Notes under the pieces: model-generated | Databases searched by the model: none | What the model was told of the DNA's origin: nothing | What the model saw: the letters and a program-made list of their open reading frames with translations, nothing else | In this document: positions 9,097 through 17,700 of the stretch, piece by piece | Layout of the letters: every line of letters begins with the position of its first letter | How positions within the stretch are numbered: position 1 is the first letter of the stretch | From: Candidatus Woesearchaeota archaeon | GTDB lineage: Archaea; Nanobdellota; Nanobdellia; SCGC-AAA011-G17; CAYUTI01 | NCBI GenBank assembly: GCA_964447685.1 | Contig: CAYUTI010000001.1 | Span: 40,338 to 104,337, forward strand | Direction of reading: 5' to 3' | Length of the DNA: 64,000 nt | Made by a program: the position numbers and the translations under genes

Positions 9097-9777
9097 GTGA
9101 TTAAAACTAATTTTGATGAATATAAACTAGCTGAATTAGTAGGTATTATTTTAGGAGATGGGCATATGCATAGTACTTGTAATAGTTTAACTATTGTTGG
9201 TTCTTTAGAAGATTTGAATTATTATAAACAAAATGTTATTTCTCTTTTTTATGATTTGTTTGGTTTAAAGCCTACTATAAGAAAAAGAAATAGTGAAAAT
9301 GCTTATTATCTTCAATTAGAAAATAAAGAAGTGTTTAAGTTTTTGATGAATGATATAGGTTTGATAAGAGGCAATAAGAAAAATGCGAGGATTCCTAAAT
9401 TTATTCTTGAAAATAAAAAATTAATTCCTTTCTTTTTAAGAGGTTTATTTGATACTGATGGTTGTCTTAAATTTTCTAAACAAACTAGAAATAAAAATTA
9501 TTATCCTAGGTTACAATTTTGTTTTAGAGATACTTTTTTTGCTAAGCAGGTTAAACCTTTATTAGAAAATGAAGGGTTTAGTGTGGGCTTTTGGAAAGAA
9601 AATAGGTATAATGGACTTGTGTTTTATCAAATTTCTGGAAAAGAAAACTTAGAAGCGTGGATGAATAAAATAAATCCAAGAAATATGGTTCATGTGACTA
9701 AATATCTTTTTTGGAAAAAACATGGTTTTTATATCCCTAAGTCTTCTTTAAAATTTATATTAAATGCTTTAAATTAA
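9097..9777 (+). CDS. free-standing LAGLIDADG homing-endonuclease-like protein
   Basis: Two motifs, 'LAELVGIILGDGHM' and 'LRGLFDTDGCL'. GTG start. No flanking extein or intron context. Confidence 0.75.
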   Translation: MIKTNFDEYKLAELVGIILGDGHMHSTCNSLTIVGSLEDLNYYKQNVISLFYDLFGLKPTIRKRNSENAYYLQLENKEVFKFLMNDIGLIRGNKKNARIPKFILENKKLIPFFLRGLFDTDGCLKFSKQTRNKNYYPRLQFCFRDTFFAKQVKPLLENEGFSVGFWKENRYNGLVFYQISGKENLEAWMNKINPRNMVHVTKYLFWKKHGFYIPKSSLKFILNALN

Positions 9778-9820
9778 GAACATAAATTTTATAAACCTTC
9801 TTTTAAGATTATTATAGTAT

Positions 9821-9893
9821 AGCCCTGTAGTGTAGCGGCCAATCATTGTGCCCTTTGGAGGCATAGACGGCAGTTCGAATCTGCCCAGGGCTA
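9821..9893 (+). tRNA. tRNA-Gln(TTG)
   Basis: Acceptor AGCCCTG/CAGGGCT (A1-U72, typical of archaeal Gln). Anticodon arm GTGCC-CTTTGGA-GGCAT. T-arm GGCAG-TTCGAAT-CTGCC. Confidence 0.85.
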
Positions 9894-10023
9894 ATTAGTA
9901 ACTTTTATAAACACTTATTTCTAGTTATTTAGTAATAGATCGAGGGGTAAGTTGGTTGAAAAACGAGCTTATGCTGGAGACTTGGTAGAATTCTAAGTCA
10001 AATCTCTCGAAGGAGAAAATAAA

Positions 10024-10479
10024 ATGGCAAGAAGATTTTCAAGAAAGAAAGGTAAAAGTGGAAGTACTAGACCAGTTAGAAAAACAAAACCTGCTTGGGT
10101 TATTCATGATGAGAAAGAAGTAGAACAATTGGTTATTAAATTAGCTAAATCTGGTAAAACTTCTAGTGAGATAGGTATTATATTGAGAGATAGTTATGGT
10201 ATTCCTGATGTAAGGATTATAACTAAGAAAAAAATTAATAAGATTTTAGAAGAAAATAAATTAAGTTCTAAATTACCTGAGGATTTAATTGCTTTGATTA
10301 GAAGACAAGTTAATTTGATGAAACATATAGAACATAATAAAATGGATATGACCTCTAAGAGGGGTATACAATTAACTGAAAGTAAGATTAAAGGATTAGT
10401 TAAGTATTATAAGAAAATAGGAAAACTGCCTAAAGATTGGAGCTATGACGCAACTAAAGCTAAACTTTTGATTGAGTGA
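10024..10479 (+). CDS. rps15: 30S ribosomal protein S15 (uS15)
   Basis: 'MARRFSRKKGKSGSTRP' N-terminus and length typical of archaeal S15P/S13e. AGGAG SD upstream. Confidence 0.95.
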   Translation: MARRFSRKKGKSGSTRPVRKTKPAWVIHDEKEVEQLVIKLAKSGKTSSEIGIILRDSYGIPDVRIITKKKINKILEENKLSSKLPEDLIALIRRQVNLMKHIEHNKMDMTSKRGIQLTESKIKGLVKYYKKIGKLPKDWSYDATKAKLLIE

Positions 10480-10481
10480 TA

Positions 10482-11876
10482 ATGGATTCTTCTACTTTTT
10501 TTTTAGGTTTAAAAGAATCTGTTAAAAAGTTTAATGAAATAGATAGGGATAAGCCAATCCGAATCATCAGTCATTTGGATGCGGATGGTTTGTCTGCTGT
10601 TTCTATTTTAATGAAAGCATTACAAAGAGATAAAAGAAAATTTGTGGTAAGCATTGTTAAACAATTGAATGAAACTTTATTAAAAGAATTAACAATTGAA
10701 GATTATTCTTATTATATTTTTTGTGATTTAGGATCTAGTGTTTTAAATCTTATTTCTGAAACTTTAAAAAATAAAAAAATCTTTATTCTGGATCATCATA
10801 AACCTGAACTAGTTAAAGGAGGAGTAGTCCATGTTAATCCTCATTTGTATGGAATTAATGGTGCTAAAGAGATAAGTGGTGCAGGTGTTGTTTATTTCTT
10901 TTCTAAATTCCTGAATGAAAAAAATAAAGATTTAGCATATCTTGCATTGGTTGGAGCAATAGGAGATGTTCAGGAGTGTAAAGGTTTTTCAGGGTTAAAT
11001 GATATGATTTTAAAAGATGCGGTAGATACTGGTAAAATAGAAGTTAAAGAAGGATTAGGTTTATTTGGGATGCATACTAAATCATTGCATAAGGTCCTAG
11101 AATATAGTTTTAATCCTTACATACCAAGTGTTAGTGGTAGTGAACGAGGGGCTATTAAATTTTTAGAAGAATTAGGAATTGAATTAAAAAAGAATGGAAA
11201 GTTTAGAAAACTAATTGATTTAGAAGAAGAAGAGCTTAAGAAACTAATTACTGGAATCATTCTTAAGAGAATGGGTAGTGAAGAGAACACTGAAGAAGTT
11301 TTAGGTCCTATTTATTTGCTAAAAGATGTTGAAGAAGGAGAAGTTATAAAAGACCTTAAAGAGTTTAGTACTTTATTGAATTCTTGTGGAAGAATGGGCA
11401 AGCCAAGTTTGGGTGTAGGAACTTGTTTAGGAAACCCTAAGCTCAAAGAAAAAGCTGTAGATATACTTGTTGATTATAGACAGGAAATAATTAAGTCATT
11501 AAACTGGTTTTATAGTAATAGGGGTTCTAATAAGATCGTTGAGAAGGATAATTATGTTTTAATTAATGCAGAAGAAAATGTTAAAGATACTATGATCGGG
11601 ACTTTAGCTTCGATAATCTCTAAATCTAATTTTTATAAGAGGGGTTTTGTGATTGTAGCTTTTGCACATACTTTAGATGGAGATATTAAAGTTAGTTTGA
11701 GAGTGAATGCAGATATTGATTTAAGAGAAGTTATTAAGAAAGTTTCTGAAAAAGTAGGAGGGGTTGCAGGAGGCCATAAACAAGCTTGTGGAGCCTTAAT
11801 CTCCCAAAATAATGAAAAAGAATTTTTAGATTTAATCGGTAAACTTTTAGATAAAATGGTTATTAAACTAGAATAG
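10482..11876 (+). CDS. RecJ-like DHH phosphoesterase (GAN/Cdc45-like)
   Basis: 'ISHLDADGLSA' and 'LDHH' DHH motifs plus a C-terminal 'GGHKQACGA' DHHA1 motif. The S15-RecJ pairing is conserved in archaea. Confidence 0.8.
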   Translation: MDSSTFFLGLKESVKKFNEIDRDKPIRIISHLDADGLSAVSILMKALQRDKRKFVVSIVKQLNETLLKELTIEDYSYYIFCDLGSSVLNLISETLKNKKIFILDHHKPELVKGGVVHVNPHLYGINGAKEISGAGVVYFFSKFLNEKNKDLAYLALVGAIGDVQECKGFSGLNDMILKDAVDTGKIEVKEGLGLFGMHTKSLHKVLEYSFNPYIPSVSGSERGAIKFLEELGIELKKNGKFRKLIDLEEEELKKLITGIILKRMGSEENTEEVLGPIYLLKDVEEGEVIKDLKEFSTLLNSCGRMGKPSLGVGTCLGNPKLKEKAVDILVDYRQEIIKSLNWFYSNRGSNKIVEKDNYVLINAEENVKDTMIGTLASIISKSNFYKRGFVIVAFAHTLDGDIKVSLRVNADIDLREVIKKVSEKVGGVAGGHKQACGALISQNNEKEFLDLIGKLLDKMVIKLE

Positions 11877-11914
11877 AAAGGTTTATAAGCTTAATTTAGT
11901 GGTGATTGATTAAA

Positions 11915-12490
11915 ATGGTTGAAAAAAAAGCACCAAAAGAATCAAAAAAAGTAAAGAAAAAGCAATGGTTTGAAATAACTGCACCTAAATTATTTAGTAG
12001 TGTAAAAATAGGTGAGACCTTAGCTTATACTGCTGATCTTTTAAAAGATAAAACCTTGGATATTTCTGTTGCTGATTTAACTGGAGATATGAAAAGGCAA
12101 AACATAAAGGTTAATTTTAAAGTTACTGGTTTAGAAGGTGCTAAAGCATCTACTGAAGTTATAGGTTATAGTATTTCTGTAGCACATTTAAGAAAATTTG
12201 TTAGATCTGGTACTAGAAAAATTGAAGATTCTTTTATGTCTAAGAGTAAAGATGGTGTTAACATAAGAGTTAAAACACTTTACTTGACTAAAAAGATTGT
12301 TCAAAGAGGTATTCTTACTAAAATTAGAGGAGAAGGCAGAGCTTTTGTTAATGAAGAGTTTGGTAAATTGAAATTTGAAGAGATCATTAAAAATGCTGTT
12401 GATTATAAATTCCAAATTGGTTTGAAGAAAAAACTTAAGAAGATTTATCCTTTAGGAAGTTGTGAATTTAAGAGTCTTAAGAAGTTATAG
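11915..12490 (+). CDS. rps3ae: 30S ribosomal protein S3Ae (eS1)
   Basis: 'KKKQWFEITAPKLF' N-terminus. GGTGAT SD precedes the ATG at 11915. Confidence 0.9.
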   Translation: MVEKKAPKESKKVKKKQWFEITAPKLFSSVKIGETLAYTADLLKDKTLDISVADLTGDMKRQNIKVNFKVTGLEGAKASTEVIGYSISVAHLRKFVRSGTRKIEDSFMSKSKDGVNIRVKTLYLTKKIVQRGILTKIRGEGRAFVNEEFGKLKFEEIIKNAVDYKFQIGLKKKLKKIYPLGSCEFKSLKKL

Positions 12491-12528
12491 AAAGGTTTTT
12501 AAGGTTTAGATTTTAATTCTTTTATTAT

Positions 12529-12614
12529 GCCTCGGTGGCTTAGTAGCTATAGCGGCGGACTTGTATTTTACTCGAGAAATCCGCAGGTCGTGGGTGCAAC
12601 TCCCATCCGAGGCT
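12529..12614 (+). tRNA. tRNA-Thr(TGT) with 13-nt intron at 37/38
   Basis: Acceptor GCCTCGG/CCGAGGC. Anticodon stem GCGGA/TCCGC encloses CTTG-TAT-TTTACT-CGAG-AAA, a bulge-helix-bulge reading that gives the mature loop CTTGTAA. The T-loop reads TGCAACT, which is atypical. Confidence 0.65.
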
Positions 12615-12658
12615 TTTTCGTTAAATTTAATAAGTTATTTTTCTTAATTTTATTATAA

Positions 12659-12731
12659 GGGCTTGTGATCTAGTGGCTATGATGTCGCTTTGACTTAGCG
12701 AATATCCCCGGTTCGAGTCCGGGCAGGCCCA
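12659..12731 (+). tRNA. tRNA-Val(GAC)
   Basis: Acceptor GGGCTTG/CAGGCCC. Anticodon arm TCGCT-TTGACTT-AGCGA. T-arm CCCGG-TTCGAGT-CCGGG. Confidence 0.8.
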
Positions 12732-12746
12732 CTTTTTATGGTAAGC

Positions 12747-12756
12747 TTTATATATA
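12747..12756 (+). promoter_or_regulatory. TATA box for a leaderless transcript of the 12778 operon
   Basis: 'TTTATATATA' lies 22-31 nt upstream of the ATG at 12778 and is preceded by the purine-rich 'GTAAGC'. Confidence 0.5.
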
Positions 12757-12777
12757 TTGGAAAGTGTATTTAATACA

Positions 12778-14766
12778 ATGAAAAAAAGAGGACAGGTTAC
12801 TTTATTTATCATAATTGGAATTGTCTTAGTTGTTTTAATAAGTAGCGTTTATATGTATCGTGATAGGTTGTTTACAAGTTCTTGGGAAAATGAATTAGAG
12901 AAGAGTGCAGTTGTTCCTGATCAAGCTCAAGGTATTAAAAATTTTGTGGATGATTGTTTGTATGAAGTTAGTAATGAAGCTTTAATTAAGTTAGGAACTC
13001 AAGGTGGTTATGTCAATATTCCTGGTCAAAGTTATTATGGTAATGTTGGTTTGAGTGGAAATAGATTAAGTATGTTTTCTAATAATGCTTTGGAAGTTGC
13101 TTATTGGTTGTATACTGAATCAAATGGTGTACAAAAGTTAGCAGTACCCTCGATTGATATGATGGAAAGAGAATTAAATGGTTATGTTAAAGAAGGTTTT
13201 ATTGAATGTATTGGTGGATTTAGTGATTATGAAGCACAAGGGTATTATATTGAGTATGGTTCTGTTGTTGTTGAGAGTGATATTCGTGAAGAAGATGTTT
13301 TGTTTAAAGTTACTATGCCTTTACATATTGAGATTAATGATTTTAGTTTTGATTTCTTACCTTTCTATAGAAGAGCTGAAGTTAAGTTTGGTAAGTTATT
13401 AGATTTAGCTTTTAAGATTATGGAAAAAGAGAATGAAGAGTATTTCTTTGAGGAAAAAGCTTTAGATATTTTGAGAGTTTATGACGAAGTTCCTTATGAT
13501 GGTGTTTTGATGGAGTGTTTGCCTAGATTTTGGACTGTGGAGGGTGTTAAAAGAGATTTTAGAAATATTTTGTTTAATAATATTCAATTTATTAAGGTCA
13601 AAAATACAGATTATAATACTGGAACTAAGTATAATTACTTTATCTGGGATGTAGGTGTTGATGAACCTGATTTACAAGTTAATTTCATGTATATGCCCGG
13701 TTGGCCAGTTGATTTTCTTGTTGAACCTAATGAGAATGGAGTTATGCAAAGTGAAAGCGTTACCACAAATGTTGCTTCTGGATTTGGAGCTGTTTTGAGT
13801 AGTATCATTTGTATGCATAATTATCACTTTGTTTATAGTATTAGATATCCTATTTTAGTTTCATTACATGATCCTGCTGCTTTAGATGGAGAAGGATTTA
13901 GTTTAAATTTTGCTTTACAAGCAATTATTGAAAATAATCAACCAAGAATGGATACAAGAAGTGGATTATATTATGGTGTTGAAGATGATGGTTATTGTGA
14001 GAGAGTTGGAAGTTTACTTAGTGTTGATAGTTTTGATGATGAAGGTTCTAGATTAGATAATGTTACAATTAGCTATAATTGTTTAGCTAGTAATTGTTTT
14101 ATTGGTAGAACTAATGAAGAAGGAATGTTAGACGAATTAGCACCGTCTTGTTTTAATGGGGTTTTAACTGCAACTAAAGAACCTGATTATCATAAGGATA
14201 GTGTGATTATTTCTACTAATACTGATGCAGGAGTAAGTGTTACTTTAGAGAAGTTTTATATTTTAAATTATAGTGTTGATGTTGTTCGGAAAGGTGCTTC
14301 TTTAAGTAGAGTTGGAAGTGAGTTAACTTCTAGTGAGAAAGCAGTTATTGTTCTGGAGAATGAAGAAAAAGATTACACTACAGTTTTAGTTTATCCAGAT
14401 ATGAAAGAGGTTAAATTAATCTCTGGTGATTATCAAGTACAAAGTTATATTTTAAGCGAAGGTAAAGTTAGTATTCCTGGTCAAACTATTAACAAATGTG
14501 TTGATGTTCCTAAAGATGGTTTATTAGGTATCATTGGTCAGACTAAACAAGAATGCTTTGATGTTAAGATTGATCCTGTTGAAGTTAATCAGGTAATGAG
14601 TGGAGGAAACTCCTATGATTGGAGAGTTACTAAATCAAGTTTGATTAATGGAGAAGAGATATTATTTTATATTCCTTATTATGGTGTAAGTAAGAGTATT
14701 GAAGATATAAATAGTACATTAAATCAAATAGAGGGAGGAGATGTTATTTATCCCAAGATAATATGA
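12778..14766 (+). CDS. large protein with class-III (prepilin-like) signal peptide
   Basis: The ATG at 12778 gives 'MKKRGQVTLFIIIGIVLVVLI', a [KR]G|Q cleavage-type motif plus a hydrophobic helix. The N-terminal ~90 aa are paralogous to the ORF at 24201. Confidence 0.7.
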   Translation: MKKRGQVTLFIIIGIVLVVLISSVYMYRDRLFTSSWENELEKSAVVPDQAQGIKNFVDDCLYEVSNEALIKLGTQGGYVNIPGQSYYGNVGLSGNRLSMFSNNALEVAYWLYTESNGVQKLAVPSIDMMERELNGYVKEGFIECIGGFSDYEAQGYYIEYGSVVVESDIREEDVLFKVTMPLHIEINDFSFDFLPFYRRAEVKFGKLLDLAFKIMEKENEEYFFEEKALDILRVYDEVPYDGVLMECLPRFWTVEGVKRDFRNILFNNIQFIKVKNTDYNTGTKYNYFIWDVGVDEPDLQVNFMYMPGWPVDFLVEPNENGVMQSESVTTNVASGFGAVLSSIICMHNYHFVYSIRYPILVSLHDPAALDGEGFSLNFALQAIIENNQPRMDTRSGLYYGVEDDGYCERVGSLLSVDSFDDEGSRLDNVTISYNCLASNCFIGRTNEEGMLDELAPSCFNGVLTATKEPDYHKDSVIISTNTDAGVSVTLEKFYILNYSVDVVRKGASLSRVGSELTSSEKAVIVLENEEKDYTTVLVYPDMKEVKLISGDYQVQSYILSEGKVSIPGQTINKCVDVPKDGLLGIIGQTKQECFDVKIDPVEVNQVMSGGNSYDWRVTKSSLINGEEILFYIPYYGVSKSIEDINSTLNQIEGGDVIYPKII

Positions 14767-17700
14767 ATAGAAAAAGTTTGGTGATATTTTGTATCTTTTT
14801 ATTAATGAGTATTCCTTTTACTAGTGCGGAGATTGATTCTTCTGGATTAGATATTGAAACAACAGATATTAGTTCTGAAACTTTTGAGGGTGATACTGAA
14901 GATATTAGTGTTCAGGTTGGAAGTTATGAACCTCCAGTTTTAGTTTCTGCTTTATTAGAGCAACAACAAGTTCCTATTTATGCTAACTTATTTGCAATTA
15001 CTACAAAACCTTTAGCGAGTACTCCTGAAATTGAGAGAGTAAGTATTAGACAGGTAGGAGGTAATAGAAGTTATGTTGGTTCAGTAGGTTATCGTAAACC
15101 TGATCAATATTCTTTTGGTGATTTAGGTTATATTGAACTTCGTTTGAAACAAATTCCTAAAGAAAGTGATGTTCCTAACAATATTGAAGTTGATTTGGAA
15201 GCAGATATTCGGTTTAAGTATCAGGAAGAAAGTAGTGCTGGACAAGGAATAATTGGAATGAGGGTTTTGGAGGAAGATAATTTTTATGATGAAAAAGATC
15301 TTTATGCTATCCAAGAAGGCAGAGGGTATTTAAGACTAAGAAGTGTGGTTGGAACTACTGCTAATTTTGTACTTTATGATGAGTCTGTTAATGAGTTAAC
15401 TAAATTTGGTGTAAGAGAAGGTTCTGTGAGTAATACTTTAAGATTAGATAAAGAATCAAATGAGTATGAAGATAAAGTGCGGATTAGAGTTGATGATATT
15501 AAGAAAGGCGGAGTTAGAGCTGAAATTTCTATTGCTGAGGAGGATTATGAAGTCACTAAAGGAGATATGCTTGTTGAAGATTTCCCTTGGAAAGTTAGTG
15601 CTATCTCTCCTGCTAAAGATGGTAAAAAAGATTATATTGTTCTAACTCGTGGAAGTAATACGGTTTATATTGTTGAAGGTTATGAAAGTTTTAATGATTT
15701 GGAAACTTTGTATGATCATTCTAATCAGATGAGTACTGAAGTTGGATTAAAAAGTAGTGGCGAATCTGATGTTTCTGTAGGTACCTTTGGAGTTTATGAT
15801 AATAAAAGGCTTCTTGATTCTTTAGATTTGCTAAAAAGTGATCTTACTAAAAGTTTTGGTGAAGCTTATTATATTCATATAAAAAATATTAATGAGGAGA
15901 GTGAAGGTAAAGCTACATTTAGAGTTGCGGATAAAGATGGAAATGTTGCGGTAGTTACTCATGCTCTTGGTGAAGAACTTGCAAGAATAGAAGGTTGTAC
16001 AGTTATTAATGAAGATTATAAAAAATGTACTTTAGAAGATATTTCTGATAATTATGTTAAGATTCGGGTTCCTGTATTTGATACTAAAGAAAATGGAGAG
16101 AGAGTATGTAAGGCTGATAAAATTGTTCGTTTGAATTTGAATGATAATGATAATACTGATTTGATTTGTGATAAAACTTTTCAGTTAGCTAATATTGATT
16201 CTGGAGATGAAGTTGATGTTTCTGTCTTAGCCGGGGAGGGTGAAGGAAGAAGTTTATCTAGATTTAGTTTGAATATCCCTGTTGAGAAGAGACCTATTAA
16301 TCTTACTACTGATGAAATTGATAAACAAATAAATGAAACATTGGAGTTGATTGAAAACTTAAATAAAACTATTTCAACATTAGAAGAGTTTACTCAAACC
16401 TTGGCTTATGCTTGTTATGGTGTTATGGCTTTGGCTACTGTAGGAAGATTCTTTTCTTCTGGAGTAGGCCCTACTGCTAGATTAGAGGTTGCAGAAGTTT
16501 ATCATGATAGGTATGCTGATTATAAAACAAAAGGTGGAGATAAAACTTATAATGATTGGTTAAGGGATTCAAGTTTGGGAGGAGGAACTACGCAGTATGA
16601 AAAAGATGTTAGTGCTATGAGAAATTCTCTGAAGACCTATGAAGATCAAATTAAAAGTTTTAACTTTGATGAGGCGAGATTAAGTGATGTTTATGAAGGT
16701 GGAGATCCAAGAGGTTATGATCTGGCTAAAGGAGCAGGTAGTTTAAATTCTCAAGATCAAAAGGATTTAATCAGATATAAAATGATTATGGAAAATACTC
16801 CTGAAGGAAGTATATTATATACTGAAGCTGAATCAAATTATAATTCTATTGTAAAAAGAATTACAGAAGTTTCTGAGAATTATGATGATGTTCGGAGTGG
16901 TTTTGAACAAAGTGTTGCAGGTTTACATTTAACTGCTGGAACTGCAGGATATTTTGAAGCTTTAGCAGTTTACCAGAGAAGTGTTAGGACTGAAACAGAT
17001 GCTAAATCCTCTAAGTTAGATAAAAGTAAGATTTTCCAAGTGGAGGGTAAGTTTTATTATTATGATGGAACTCAACCTAAAGAATTAATTAAAATTGGAG
17101 ATTGTTATTCTCCTAAAGGTACAAGTGAGTGTTATAAAATTCAAGGTATGAATGTTAATGCTTATGACTTTGTAGGTACTCCTGATATTCAAGTTAATTC
17201 TAAAAAAATGGTTACGGTTTTACCTCTGACTACAGATAAGTGTTTTTACACTGGAAGCTCTACTGAAAATTTTGATCTTTATAAAAACGGGTTGTTTATT
17301 AGAATAGAATATCATCCTGATTATGGACGAGTAGAAAAAGTTTATCTGTATAATGTTGGACAAGATGGTGTAATTGGTGGGAAGGGTGATCAATTTGTAT
17401 CTTCTTATTCAAGGGATGAAACTGTAAATAAAGATGCGATTAGAGATTTCCAAAGATTTGAAAGTTGTATTAAGGATGCTAATGAAGCTGTTGCTAAGGG
17501 AGATAGTAAAGTAAGGTTTGAAGGTAAGAGTTATCAAGTTAATGATGAAACCACTACAGATAGAGTCGGTGGACAGTGTCAGGATGTAATGAGTGCAGGT
17601 ATGTGTAAGATGGTATTTTTAGTTTGTGATCCTGTTATGTGTCCTAGTTCAAGATGTAACCTTAATGGAAAATATCAAGTGGATAATGTAATACAGAGTG

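Noticed and set aside
9935-10023. About 85-nt leader upstream of rps15 with possible TCGAG/CTCGA long-range pairing (autoregulatory S15 leader or small RNA?)
   Set aside because: Only a 5-bp complementarity, no C/D or H/ACA boxes and no conserved structure could be verified by eye. The evidence is too weak to call.
12627-12812. ORFs overlapping tRNA genes (12627-12812, 20511-20696, 45649-45831)
   Set aside because: Each is explained by a well-formed tRNA cloverleaf on the same DNA. The GC-rich tRNA sequence simply lacks stop codons.
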